Source: an uncultured Candidatus Rokubacteria bacterium
Lineage (GTDB): Bacteria > Methylomirabilota > Methylomirabilia > Rokubacteriales > CSP1-6
DNA length: 64,000 nt
Reading direction: 5' to 3'
Assembly (NCBI GenBank): GCA_963762145.1
Contig: CAVXJS010000014.1
Location: 1-64,000, forward strand
The notes below the pieces were generated by a model that did not search any database, was not told the origin of the DNA, and worked only from the letters and a program-made list of their open reading frames with translations. Position numbers and translations under genes: made by a program. Positions within the stretch are counted from its first letter, which is position 1. The number at the start of each line of letters is the position of its first letter. This document shows, piece by piece, positions 1-11,568 of this stretch.

Positions 1-678
1 CCGACGGTGAGGTCGTGCTCCGCGCCGGTCCGGGCACAGGTGAGCGCCTGGTCATCGTGGACGGCCACCCGCGGCGACGACGGTGCCCGCGGGCGTGCGT
101 GTGACGTCGTCGGCGGGCTGTCGGCGGGCCGCCGGGCGCGGATCGACGACGAGCTGGCCGGCCACCGGTGGCGGATCTCGGCTCGTTCCTTCTTCCAGGC
201 GCGGGCTGATGGCGCCGAAGCGCTCGTCGACGCGGACCGGGCGCCGCCGAACCGACCTGGCCTGCCGGCGGCCACCTCGTGGAACTGCATGGGGGGGTCG
301 GCCTCTTCGGCCGCGCCCTCGCCAAGGATGGTCCCGTCACGGTCGTGGAGCAGTCCGGTCGGCAGCGGCCGACGCGGGGTGAACCTCGGCGGGCTCGACG
401 CTCGGGTCGTCCGGGCCGACGTCGACCACTGGGGACCGTCGCACGCCGATGTGGTCGTCGCCGACCCGTCGCGGAAGGGGCTCGGCAAGCGGGCCGTCGC
501 CAAGGTCGCCGCCACCCGCGTGGGTCGGGTCGTCCTCGCGAGCTGCGACCCGGCGGCGCTGGGACGGGATGCCCGGCTCCTGGGCGAGGCGGGCTACGAC
601 CTCATCTCGTGCCAGCTGGTCGACCTCTTCCCCCACACCTCCCACGTCGAGGCGGTTTCCCGGTTCGACCGGCGTTGA
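1..678 (+). CDS. RlmD/TrmA-family RNA (uracil-5)-methyltransferase, C-terminal part, frameshifted
   Basis: SFFQA, VVADPSRKG, SCDPAALGRD and LVDLFPHTSHVE motifs; SAM-binding motif ELHGGVGLFG in another frame. Confidence 0.8.
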   Translation, partial: PTVRSCSAPVRAQVSAWSSWTATRGDDGARGRACDVVGGLSAGRRARIDDELAGHRWRISARSFFQARADGAEALVDADRAPPNRPGLPAATSWNCMGGSASSAAPSPRMVPSRSWSSPVGSGRRGVNLGGLDARVVRADVDHWGPSHADVVVADPSRKGLGKRAVAKVAATRVGRVVLASCDPAALGRDARLLGEAGYDLISCQLVDLFPHTSHVEAVSRFDRR

Positions 679-716
679 TGGTCGCGGTCGGCCCCTGCCG
701 TGTGACTTGGCTTCCG

Positions 717-790
717 TACCCCCCCTGGGACTCGAACCCAGAACCTGCGGATTAAGAGTCCGACGCTCTGACCAATTGAGCTAGAGGGGC
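717..790 (-). tRNA. tRNA-Lys(CTT), CCA not encoded
   Basis: Reverse complement GCCCCTCTAGCTCAATTGGTCAGAGCGTCGGA-CTCTTAA-TCCGC...GGTTCGAGTCCC forms a cloverleaf. Confidence 0.93.
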
Positions 791-839
791 AAGTGGGCTT
801 CGTAGCCTAGGCGCTGGCGCACCCGGCTACGAAGCCTCT

Positions 840-917
840 TGGGGTGACCGAGGGGACTTGAACCCCCGACCTCCAGGGCCACAACCTGGCGCTCTAACCA
901 CCTGAGCTACGGCCACC
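840..917 (-). tRNA. tRNA-His(GTG)
   Basis: Cloverleaf with G-1, anticodon loop TTGTGGC and CCA end. Confidence 0.93.
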
Positions 918-927
918 ATGGGACGGG

Positions 928-1638
928 TCAGCATAGGCCAGGCCCTTCGCGCCGCTGCCAACGGGTACGGCGTCGTCGACGCCTATCCCCGTCGGGGCGT
1001 GTGGTCGTCGGCACTCGGTAGTGGTCGTCGACTCGGTGGTCGGTCGTGCTCTGGTCGTGGTGGTGGTCGTGGGTGCGGTTGTCGTCGTCGTCGGCGCCTG
1101 TCGCTCGGCCCTCCTCGTCCTCCCTTCGGCCGCGCCCTCGGGGCCACACTGGCCTCTCGGCAGCGTGCCGCCTTCTGCTGGGCGTCATGGACGCCCCGTC
1201 CTTCCCTGCCCCGCGGCGGACCCTGGCACGGGCCCCCTGTCCGCCCGCGCGGCCGCGCCCGCCCTTGACCTTCTTGCCGCAGTCCGACTTGGCCAGGTCG
1301 TGGTCGTCCTGTACGTACGCGCCGTGGTTCTTCTTCACCTCGGCGCCGCACTCGGGGCCGTGGTACCGCTGCGGGTCCGGCACCTCGACGCCGACGCGTG
1401 TCGAGCGCTCGGTGGGCGAAGTGCTGCGCAGGGTCGGGGAGCGCCCCGGCCGCGGCGAGGCTGGTGCTCCCGACCAGGACCCCGGCGACGACGATGCCGG
1501 CGACGCGCACCTTGGCCCTCCGCCGCGACGACCGCACTGCGCTCGCCATCTGCGTGAGGTGGGCGGACTGCAGGTCGGGTCGATCGGCCGTGTTCCGGCT
1601 GCCCTCAACCGATCTTCGAGCTCGGGATCGTGCTCCAT
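928..1638 (-). CDS. Membrane-anchored low-complexity protein, possible anti-sigma factor, frameshifted
   Basis: Directly downstream of the ECF sigma factor; TM segment VAGIVVAGVLVGSTSLAAAGALP; Thr-rich tail. Confidence 0.5.
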   Translation of the reverse strand: MEHDPELEDRLRAAGTRPIDPTCSPPTSRRWRAQCGRRGGGPRCASPASSSPGSWSGAPASPRPGRSPTLRSTSPTERSTRVGVEVPDPQRYHGPECGAEVKKNHGAYVQDDHDLAKSDCGKKVKGGRGRAGGQGARARVRRGAGKDGASMTPSRRRHAAERPVWPRGRGRREDEEGRATGADDDDNRTHDHHHDQSTTDHRVDDHYRVPTTTRPDGDRRRRRRTRWQRREGPGLC

Positions 1639-1641
1639 GCG

Positions 1642-2124
1642 CTACTCAGCGATCGAGGCGGGGTCGAGGATACGGGCGAGGTGCGCGAGGCCCCGCGCCT
1701 GCATCGCCTTCACTGCTCCGGTGGTCCTCCCGGTGATCCGGGCCACATCCTCCAGGGACAGGTCAGCGATGAACCGCAGCGCGACGACCTCGCGCTGCTC
1801 CGGAGTGAGCGCCCCCATGGCAAGGAGCAGGGCGGGATCGAGCGGATCGTCGTCGGGAGGGGGGGCCTCCTCGCGCACGGGACCGACCGCGACCAGCCGG
1901 GCGCGGCGCGATCGTCGCCGGGCGTCGTCGATGACCCGGTTCCGGGCGATGGTGAACACCCATCGGCGGAGCTCCTCGCCCTCGTCGCCACGGAAGCGGG
2001 GGAGCGAGCGGGCGACCTGGAGGAACACCTCGCCCGAGCAGGTCGTCGGGCTCCGGCACCCGCTGCCCCCGCAGGTAGCCGAGGACCGCAGGCGCGGCCG
2101 CCGGTACACGTCGCCCGCATCCAC
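1642..2124 (-). CDS. ECF RNA polymerase sigma factor (frameshifted N-terminus)
   Basis: Region 2 WVFTIARNRVID; region 4 LTPEQREVVALRFIADLSLEDVARITG. Confidence 0.88.
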   Translation of the reverse strand: MDAGDVYRRPRLRSSATCGGSGCRSPTTCSGEVFLQVARSLPRFRGDEGEELRRWVFTIARNRVIDDARRRSRRARLVAVGPVREEAPPPDDDPLDPALLLAMGALTPEQREVVALRFIADLSLEDVARITGRTTGAVKAMQARGLAHLARILDPASIAE

Positions 2125-2128
2125 GGTG

Positions 2129-2202
2129 CGCCCTCGGCAGGAGTCGAACCTGCGGCCGGCGGATTAGAAGTCCGCTGCTCTGTCCAGCTGAGCTACGAGG
2201 GC
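2129..2202 (-). tRNA. tRNA-Arg(TCT)
   Basis: Cloverleaf, anticodon loop CTTCTAA, T-arm GGTTCGACTCC. Confidence 0.92.
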
Positions 2203-2253
2203 CAAAAAAGAGGAGGGCCGTGCCGTTGGGAGAGCGACCGGGGGGCGCGGTCG

Positions 2254-2327
2254 GGAGCGGGTGACGGGAATCGAACCCGCACCACCAGCTTGGAAGGCTG
2301 GGGCTCTAGCCGTTGAGTGACACCCGC
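2254..2327 (-). tRNA. tRNA-Gly(TCC)
   Basis: Acceptor stem GCGGGTG/CACCCGC, anticodon loop CTTCCAA. Confidence 0.9.
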
Positions 2328-2703
2328 AGGGGCGCACCGGACGGGGAGCCGCGCCCTGCTAGACGGAGCGCGCGGGTTGACGAACGATTCCGACGAGGGG
2401 TGCCTAGCGGGGCCGTGGCGCCGCTGGTGCTCGGCCGACGGCTTCGCCTGACGGCGTGCCCGTGACCGCAGACCGTGCTCTTGCCGTTGTCCTGTCGCGG
2501 CTCAACAGCTCTCGCCCTATCGGGGAGATCGGCTTCGGCGCCGGGACCGTCGCCGGCTCGGTCGCATGAGGGTTGCCATGGCTGCCTCCTACCCGTAGGA
2601 GGTGTGAGCATGCATGCGGTCTCCTGCCGTGTTTGAAACAGACGGCCCGACGGGTAGGGAACCAGGCGGCCCTGGTTCGATCGACACACCCAAGGAGGAC
2701 CCG

Positions 2704-2933
<230 letters not shown>

Positions 2934-2939
2934 TCCCGA

Positions 2940-3188
2940 ATGGCGACCTGTGAGGTCTGCGGCAACGACTACGACAAGTCCTTCGAGGTCGTTGCCGCCG
3001 GCCAACGCCACGTGTTCGACAGCTTTGAGTGCGCCATCCACCGCATGGCGCCGGTCTGTGAGCACTGTGCCTGCAAGGTCATCGGCCATGGCGTCGAAGT
3101 GGATGGAAGGTTCTTCTGCTGCGCCCACTCCACGCATGGCTCGACCGGCGCCACCGAAGCCCGGGACCGAGTCGAGTCCGCCAGCTGA
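2940..3188 (+). CDS. Small Cys/His-rich metal-binding (metallothionein-like) protein
   Basis: CEVC, FDSFECAIH, CEHCAC and CCAH motifs. Confidence 0.7.
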   Translation: MATCEVCGNDYDKSFEVVAAGQRHVFDSFECAIHRMAPVCEHCACKVIGHGVEVDGRFFCCAHSTHGSTGATEARDRVESAS

Positions 3189-3445
3189 CAAGGCGTCGTG
3201 GCCGCTCAGGCTGGTCGCCCGAGGTCCTCCCAGTAGGGGACGGGATGGTCCTGGCCGAGGTCGAAGAAGTGCTCGTTGAGCGCGGCACAAGGTCGTGCTC
3301 GGCGCGGGTTGCTCGCCGGTCGCCCGAGGTGTCAGAGGTGAGCTCGGCCTGTCGCAGCCCGCCGCCGATGCTCATGGCCCGGAGCCAGAGGCCGGCGCTG
3401 GTGAGCCCTGAGTTACGGAACCCGGTGTGGAGGGTGCTGCCGCTC

Positions 3446-4195
3446 TCACGGTCCACTGGTGGCTCCGTCATCGAGCGGCCCGTCGCTCCCGCCACCGCCA
3501 CGGTGGACCGCCCGATCGACGATGCGCTGTGCGATGTCCCGGAGCTTGAGGTTCTCCCGCTGGGACGCCTTCACCAGGAAGTCGAAGGCGGTGTCCTCAT
3601 CGCAACCCTGCGCGGCCATGAGCATGCCCTTGGCCTGCTCGATGACGGCGCGGCTCTTCATCGCCTCGGTGAGCCCGGCGCTCATCTCGCGGGCGTCCCA
3701 GTACGCCTGGGCGTTGGCCAGGACGATCGCCGCTTGTGAGGCGAACAACGACGCCGTCGCGATCTCGTCCGTACCGAAGGCGTCTTCCTTCGCGAGTAGA
3801 GGTTCAGCGCCCCAACCGCTGCCTTCTCGGCCATCAGGGGCAGCGACAGGGTGCTCAGGATCCCGTGATCGGCCGCCGCGCGGCGGAACGCGGGCCAGGG
3901 GCCCCGCGGGTCGAGCGGATCTGCGTGATCTTCTGTCCGTGGTAGGCGTCGACGCAGGGCCCCTCGCCCGAGTCGTACTGCGCCTGATCGATCTCGGGCG
4001 ACGCCTCGTCGGTGAACACCGCCGTGCGATCGCGACCCTCCACTCCCATGGTGATGCCTGCCATATCGGCAGGCGCGATCGCATCGACCGTCAGATTGGT
4101 GACACGCGTGAGGGTCTCCTCGAGGGTTCCGTCCCCGACGAAGAACCGCGAGCAGCGCGGCGAGGCTCTGGGTGAGTGGCTCGTCAGCGATGACG
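3446..4195 (-). CDS. GAF + ANTAR domain regulator, frameshifted
   Basis: GAF QYDSGEGPCVDA; ANTAR SRAVIEQAKGMLMA...AFDFLVKASQRENLKLRDIA. Confidence 0.85.
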
Positions 4196-4447
4196 AACTC
4201 CTTGCCCTCAGGGCCGGAGCAAGTCGCTGTCCCCTGTGGGGTCAAGGAGCGACGGCCAACCCAGGCGAGAACCCAACCCTACTCGCCTGCCTCACGATGG
4301 CCACCATGAGCGCACGTGATGATCTGGCACTTCAGGACGGGCGAGTCCGCGAACGTGACTGATCGGTGGATTGCGCCCTAGGATGCCGTCTGCGTCGTTG
4401 AGCCTCGAGCGACCTCCGAACCGGCGGATGACAGTTGTGGGGGCTCG

Positions 4448-4770
4448 ATGAGCTTGTTCGAGATCGACGTGGTCGCAACCACCGACCGAGTGCTGCGGTT
4501 GGAGGTCGACGGCGAGATCGACGTGAGCAGCGCGCCAGGGCTGCTCGACTCCGTCCTGTGTGCCGCGCTCGCCAGCGATCACCGGCAGGTGGTGATGGAC
4601 CTGCGGAACGTGCGCTTCATCGACTCGAGCGGGCTGGGGGCGATCATCGAAGCCGACCGGCGCCTGCGCCACGAGGGCGCGCACCTCGTGATCGTCCGAC
4701 CGACAGGTCTCGTCCAGCGTCTGTTCGAGATGACCGGCCTTGACGGCTCGCTTGACGTTCGGCCCGACCA
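4448..4770 (+). CDS. STAS-domain anti-sigma factor antagonist, 3' end cut by the chimeric junction
   Basis: DGEIDVSSAP, MDLRNVRFIDSSGLGA, VQRLFEMTGL. Confidence 0.85.
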
Positions 4771-6310
4771 TCGAGGAAGAGCCACGCGGGCTTCTGCACC
4801 AGGGCGCGCGCGAAGGCGATGCGCTGCTGCTCGCCGGGGACAGCGCGAGCGCCCAGTGGGCGTGCTCGCCGAGCCGCGCGGTCAACGCCGGGAGCCCGAC
4901 CGCCTTGAGCGCTTCCCGGAGCGCGTCGTCGTCGAAGCCGCCGGGCGGGGTGGGATAGCTGACCACTTCGCGCAGGGTGCCGATCGGCAGGTACGGCTTC
5001 TGGGGCAGGAAGAGTACGCGGCCGTCGCGTGGCAGGCTGATCTCGCCCGTACCGAAGGGCCAGATACCCGCGATGGCGCGGAACAGCGTGCTCTTGCCCG
5101 CGCCGGACGGGCCGCTGATCAGCGCGGAATCGCCGGGCGGAAATCGAGCGTCGCGCCCTCGACGAGCGGTCCGCCCGCGGGCAGGTTCAGGTCGACCCGG
5201 TCGAGCGCGAGCGCGTCGCCCGCCCCGGCGGCCGTCGCACGCCGTCGCTCGCCGCGTCGGCGCGCATCCGCACGAGGGCTCGCTCGAAGCCCACCAGGCG
5301 CTGGACGACGGAACGCCACTGCGCGATGTCGGTGTAGGCGCTGATGATGAACGACAGCGAGTCCTGCACCTGGCCGAACGCCGACGCGATCTGCATCAGG
5401 CCGCCGAGCGGCATCTCCCCGCGGAAGTAGCGCGGCGCCGCGACCACGAACGGGAAGATGACCGCGACCTGGCCGTAGCCGGCGGTGAACCAGGTGAGGC
5501 GCTTCTGCTGGCGCATGATGGCCCACCAGTTCCCCACCACCTCCCCGAAGCGCTCGCGGAAGCTGCGCAGCTCGTCGGCCTCGCCGCGGTAGAGCGCGAC
5601 GCCCTCGGCGTTCTCGCGGAAGCGCACCAGGCCGAAGCGGAAGTCGGCCTCGTAGCGCTGCTGGTGGAAGTTCAGGCGCACGAGCGGCCGGCCGATCAGG
5701 TGGGTGAGCCAGGTGCCGACGACCGCGTAGAGGAGGGCGGCCCACACCATGTAGCCGGGAGAGTGATGGTCCAGTCCCGCCGACGGGGACGTCAGCGAGC
5801 CCGAGACCCCCACAGGATGGCGAGGAAGCGAGACGAGCGTGACCACCGCGCGCAGGCCGCCGAGCGCGAGCTGAGCGTGCCGCGGTCAAAGAGCCGCAGG
5901 TCCTCGGCGATGCGCTGGTCGGGGTTGTCGGTCTCCGCGGCGGTGAGCTGCATGCGGTAGTAGGCGCCGTCGGCGAGCCAGGCGCTCAGGTAGCGCTCGG
6001 TGAGCCAGCGCCGCCAGCGGATCTGCAGCATCTGGTTGAGATAGATCTGGTACACCGCGGCGACGATGAACAGGCCGGCGAGCCACGTGAACCGGACGAG
6101 CTGGCTCCAGAAGACGGCGTAGTCCTTATCCTGGAGCGCGTTGTAGAAGGCGTTGTTCCACTGGTTGAGGAGGACGTTGATGTAGACGATGCCCAGGTTG
6201 AGCGCAATGACCAGGATGAGGAGGCCACGCCCGGCCCAGCGGTCCTCCGAGGACCAGTAGGGGCGGATGAGCGTCCACGTATCGTGCAGCAGTTCGCGCA
6301 GGCGAGCCAT
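4770..6310 (-). CDS. ABC transporter fused permease/ATPase (YddA/SbmA-BacA-like), frameshifted and truncated at Walker B
   Basis: DNPDQRIAEDL, EADFRFGLVRFRENAE, GPSGAGKSTLFRAIAGIWP, LSPGEQQRIAFARAL...WLFLD then abrupt loss of homology. Confidence 0.88.
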
Positions 6311-6411
6311 GTGGGAGGGCCTCCTCGGCCCTGAGCATAGCCCACGTCCCCGGCCCTTCCCGGTAGTCCGCGCGGCTCGGATGACATATACTCTGTGGGC
6401 TTGAGACAGTT

Positions 6412-6505
6412 GGAGAGGTGGCCGAGTCGGCCGAAGGCAGCCGCCTGCTAAGCGGTTATAGGGGCAAAACCTCTATCCCGGGTTCGAATCCCGGCCTCTC
6501 CGCCA
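6412..6505 (+). tRNA. tRNA-Ser(GCT)
   Basis: Long variable arm, anticodon loop CTGCTAA, CCA. Confidence 0.95.
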
Positions 6506-6508
6506 TGC

Positions 6509-7118
<610 letters not shown>

Positions 7119-7231
7119 GGGCGACGGACGCCGGGGTCCGCGTCCGCGGCCCTCGGTAGGGATGGACTCTCTCGCGCCCACCGGCTACACTTGGGCACTT
7201 GAGTTAAGGTGGAAGTGACCGTGACATCCGT

Positions 7232-7279
7232 CGCGGAGGGGTGGCCGAGCCCGGTTGAAGGCGTCCGACTCGAAATCGG
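7232..7279 (+). repeat. Left att of island 1: 48-bp copy of the 5' half of tRNA-Ser(CGA)
   Basis: Identical to 24149-24196. Confidence 0.93.
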
Positions 7280-7642
7280 CCCCCACGGAAACCCGTAGGG
7301 ATTCCCAGTCTCGCTCGGTATCACTCCAGCCCAGTGTCTATGCGGAGAAGCGCGGGTCTCCCTCCTCGTGGCCAGTGAGACGGAGTGCTACCGAGAACCC
7401 CTGAACGAGCCCTACAACTTCGACAGGACTTCGACCCGCGGGAGTAGACCAGCCGGCCTAGAGGGAGGGGGGTTGACCGATCGAGGTCACGAGGAATCCT
7501 ACCTTCTCGGAGTCACCCGCATCGGCCACCCTACCCTCTGGTTCCCTCGCCTCCGAAGGCGCCGGGCCCGATCAAAGGCCAAAATTTCGCGGCGCTGAGG
7601 CAAAAGGCGGGGAACGGGCGCCGACCGGATCTGCCGAACAGG

Positions 7643-7773
7643 ATGGCGTCGCTGGGGTTGCCGTGGGTCCGGGTCGGGGATCATCGTGGCGGTTCCCGCG
7701 ACCGGATCTTGAGCGATGGGTCGCGCGCAGCACTCAAGGATCACGCAAGGGCAAGGCGATCAGGGGCAAGTAA
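7643..7773 (+). pseudogene. Excisionase-like HTH remnant
   Basis: ...RFPRPDLERWVARSTQGSRKGKAIRGK* resembles the C-terminus of 55159-55401. Confidence 0.6.
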
Positions 7774-8254
7774 GTGTCGTATAGGCTCGAGCAGACGCGA
7801 GCAAACTGATGGTGGATCAGCTGCATTAAGCCAGACCGTCTGCAGTGCGGGTCTCCCCATGCGGCTGGACGGCTTGGCGGGCTTCGCTTTCCGGAAGACC
7901 CCTTCCCCCTTCCCCCAGAAAATCGCGAGCCCGAGTTTGCGAGGGAAGCCACTCATCGACAATATATTTTTTCAGGAGAGAGGTCGATTCAGCCAGATTC
8001 TCATCACGTTAGAGCGAGCGTTCCGTCGATTTCTGACAGGGCCCCGACCAGAGGAACATCGGAAACAATCTCGTCAGAATGGGCCCAGAAGCAGCGACAT
8101 GGAAACTGGTCCCCGGCCGGAGACACTCGATACCAGAGTCCGTAACAATGGCCCGCCAAAGCGCCAATGCTCCTTGACCCCTCCTGCCCCCCAGACTAAG
8201 CTCTCGCCACCTGTCCGACCGGTCCCGGCTTTGACTCGCTGGGAGGTTTCCGGC

Positions 8255-10597
8255 ATGCAGTGTCCACGGTGCCAGCACGAGAATCCACCGAACGCCATCG
8301 CGAACGGGCGACCGGTGAGATTCTGCGTGTCATCGGGAGCTCGCCGACCGACGCGCAACCGGTCTTCGAGACGATCGCCCGAAGCGGGGTTAGCGTCTGT
8401 GCGGCCTTGGGCTGCGCGGTGTTCGTCGTTGACGGGGACATGCTCCGAGTGGCCGCGACCCATGGAGTCCGGCCCGATCGACTGGAGCGATTTAGCGCCG
8501 AGTACCCGATACCGCTCAGCGCCGAAATAAACACGGCACAAACCGTCCGACAACGTCACGTGGTCCATCTGGCGGATATCGAGCACAACCCCAACGCCAC
8601 CGCCAGCGATATCGAATACGCACACCTTGCAGGTTACAAAACTCGACTGATGGTCCCGATGGTCCGCGGAGATCGCGCTCTGGGTCTCATTGCAGTGACG
8701 CGCGAAGATCCGAAACCGTTCCCAGATCAACTCGTCGAGCTGCTCAAACACTTCGCCGACCAGGCCGTGATCGCCATCGAGAACGTCCGGCTGTTCAAGG
8801 AGCTCGAGGCGCGCAACCGCGACCTGACCGAAGCGCTTGACCAGCAGACGGCCACGAGCGAAATCTTGCAGGTCATTAGTCAGTCGCAGACGGACGTGCA
8901 ACCAGTCTTTGACACAATTGTCAGAAGCGCCGTGAGGTTGTGCAACGGACTCTTCAGCACCGTCTTCCGTTTCGATGGCGAGCTGCTCCATGTCGTTGCC
9001 ACGCACAATCTCACCCGAGAAGCTCTCGAGGCACTGCATCGCCTGTATCCGGCGCGCCCAACCCGGGCCCTTGCGGCAGCGCGGGCGATCCTCGAGCGCG
9101 CGGTGGTCCACATTCCGGATGTCGAGCTCGAGGCGGCGTTCCAGCAGCGAGCCGTTGCCCGCGCGGTCGGCTGGCGAAGCGCGCTCGTTGTCCCGATGAT
9201 GCGAGAGGGCGCGCCCATCGGCGTGATCACGGTGGGTCGCGCCGGGCCCGGGCCGTTTTCGGATGGCGAGATCGACCTGTTGAAGACCTTCGCCGATCAG
9301 GCGGTCATCGCGGTCGAGAATGTCCGCCTGTTCAAGGAGTTGCAGGCGCGGACGGGTGAGCTGACCCGGTCGGTCGAGAAACTGACGGCGCTGGGCGAGG
9401 TCAGCCGGGCGGTGAGCTCGACGTTAGACGTCGAGACGGTGCTCGACACGATCGTCTCGCGAGCCAGCCAGCTGGCCGGCGCCGACGGCTGCTCGATCTT
9501 CGAGTACGACGAAGGCACCAGCAGTTCGAGCTGCGCGCCACCCACAACGACGACACGCGCATTTGTCGAGGCGCTCCGGGCGGTGCCGCTCCGGAAGGGC
9601 GAAGGGCTCATGGGGCGCGCGGCCGAGATGCGCGAGCCGATCCAGATCCCTGACATCACCCAGCCCGGGGCCTACCAGAGCAGCGTCCGGGATACCCTCA
9701 TCCGGTTCGGATACCACGCGCTCCTCTCCGTGCCCCTGCTCCGCGAGGACGAAATCATCGGGAGCCTGTCCTTCAACCGAAAGGCCCCCGGCGAGTTCCC
9801 GCCAGAGGTCGTGGACGTCTTGAAGACGTTCGCCACCCAATCCGCCCTGGCCATCCAGAATGCCCGCCTCTTCCGGGAGATCGCGGACAAGAGCCGGCAG
9901 CTCGAGGCGGCCAGCCGACACAAGTCCGAGTTCCTCGCCAACATGAGCCACGAGCTCCGCACGCCGCTCAACGCCATCATCGGGTTCTCGGAGGTGCTCG
10001 CCGAGAAGATGTTCGGCGACCTCAATGACAAGCAGGCGGAATATCTGCAGGACATTCTGGAGTCTGGGCGGCACCTCCTGTCCCTCATCAACGACATCCT
10101 CGACCTCTCGAAGATCGAGGCAGGGCACATGGAGCTGGAGCCGGCGGACTTCCATCTACCGGGCGTTATCGAGAACGCCCTGATCCTCGTGCGGGAGCGG
10201 GCGAGCCGGCGCGGTATCACGCTCGGCAGCACCATCGATGAGCGGCTCGGGCTGATCCGCGGCGACGAGCGCAAGGTGAAGCAGGTCCTCTTGAACCTTC
10301 TCTCCAACGCCCTGAAGTTCACGCCCGAGGGCGGGCGGATCGACGTCGGCGGCCGGCTGGACGGCGAGGTGGCGGAGGTGTCTGTCACCGATACGGGCGT
10401 CGGCATCGCGCCGGCGGATCAGGAGGCCGTGTTCGAAGAGTTCCGGCAGGTGGGCACCGCGGAGAAGAAAGCGGAAGGCACCGGGCTCGGGCTGGCGCTC
10501 TCCCGGAAGTTCGTCGAGCTCCATGGCGGGAAGATCTGGGTGCAAGAGCGAGGTCGGGCACGGCTCGACGTTCACGTTCACGTTGCCGCTGAACTGA
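8255..10597 (+). CDS. Soluble multi-GAF (3x) histidine kinase with truncated N-terminal zinc ribbon; frameshifts at both ends
   Basis: MQCPRCQHEN start, repeated FADQAVIAIENVRLF, H-box FLANMSHELRTPL, N-box NLLSNA, G boxes DTGVGI and GTGLGL. Confidence 0.92.
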
Positions 10598-10601
10598 CGC
10601 G

Positions 10602-11568
10602 GTGGTTACCCGACGAGCCTTCATCGGCACGCTTACTGGTGGCCTCCTCGCCGCGCCGCTCGCCGCCGAGGCGCAGCAGGCAGGGAAGGTGTACCGGATC
10701 GCTGTTCTCGGACTAACTCCCACGGACCCGTCTCTCAATGCGGCATTCAAACAGGGGCTGGGCCAGTTCGGATACACAGAGGGGAAGAACATCGTAATCG
10801 AATACCGAGACGCCGACGGACAACCTGAGCGACTTCCCGACTCGCGGCCCAGCTCAAGGTGGATGTCATTTTCGCCAGAGGGGCAGGCGCGCTGTCAGCT
10901 GCCAAGCAGACAAACAGCCGCATTCCAACCGTTGCGGTTGATCTTGAGACTGATCCAGTCGGTGATGGGATTCGTGCGGAACCTGGCGCGGCCGGGCGGC
11001 AATATCACGGGCGTGTTTCTGATCTGCCGGGGGTGAGTGGCAAGCGACTGCAGCTGCTCAAGGAGATCATCCCGGCACTCTCCCGCGTAGCCATCTCGGC
11101 GATCCGGCGCTCAACGCCCCGCAATTTCAGGCGAGCGAGAGCGCCGCACGCGCGCTGGGAATTCAACCTCAGATTCTGGAGGTGCGAGCAACGAAAGACC
11201 TTGACACGGCCTTGGAAGCGGCGAGTAAAGGACGGGCGAACGCCGTCCTCTTGCTCTCGTCGCCACTCGTCTTTTATCACCGAGCAGAGCTCGGTGCTCT
11301 CGTGATGAAAAGAACGGCTTCCAGCCGTTTCCATGTTCGTGGGATTCGCAGAAGCGGGTGGCCTCATGGCCTACGGACCAAGCCTACTCGAGGCGTTCCG
11401 CCGCGCGGCGCACCTTCGTGACGGATCCTCAAGGGCGCCAAGCCGGGGGAATTGCCCGTCGAGCGGCCGACGAAGTTCGAACTCGTCATCAACCTCAAGA
11501 CCGCCAAGGCCCTCGGCCTGACGATCCCGCCGTCGCTCCTGCAGCGGGCGGATCAGGTGATCGAGTGA
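10602..11568 (+). CDS. ABC-type substrate-binding protein (ABC_sub_bind-like) SBP1, frameshifted
   Basis: VVTRRAF...AEAQ leader, [10 protein letters not shown], tail [31 protein letters not shown]. Confidence 0.85.
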
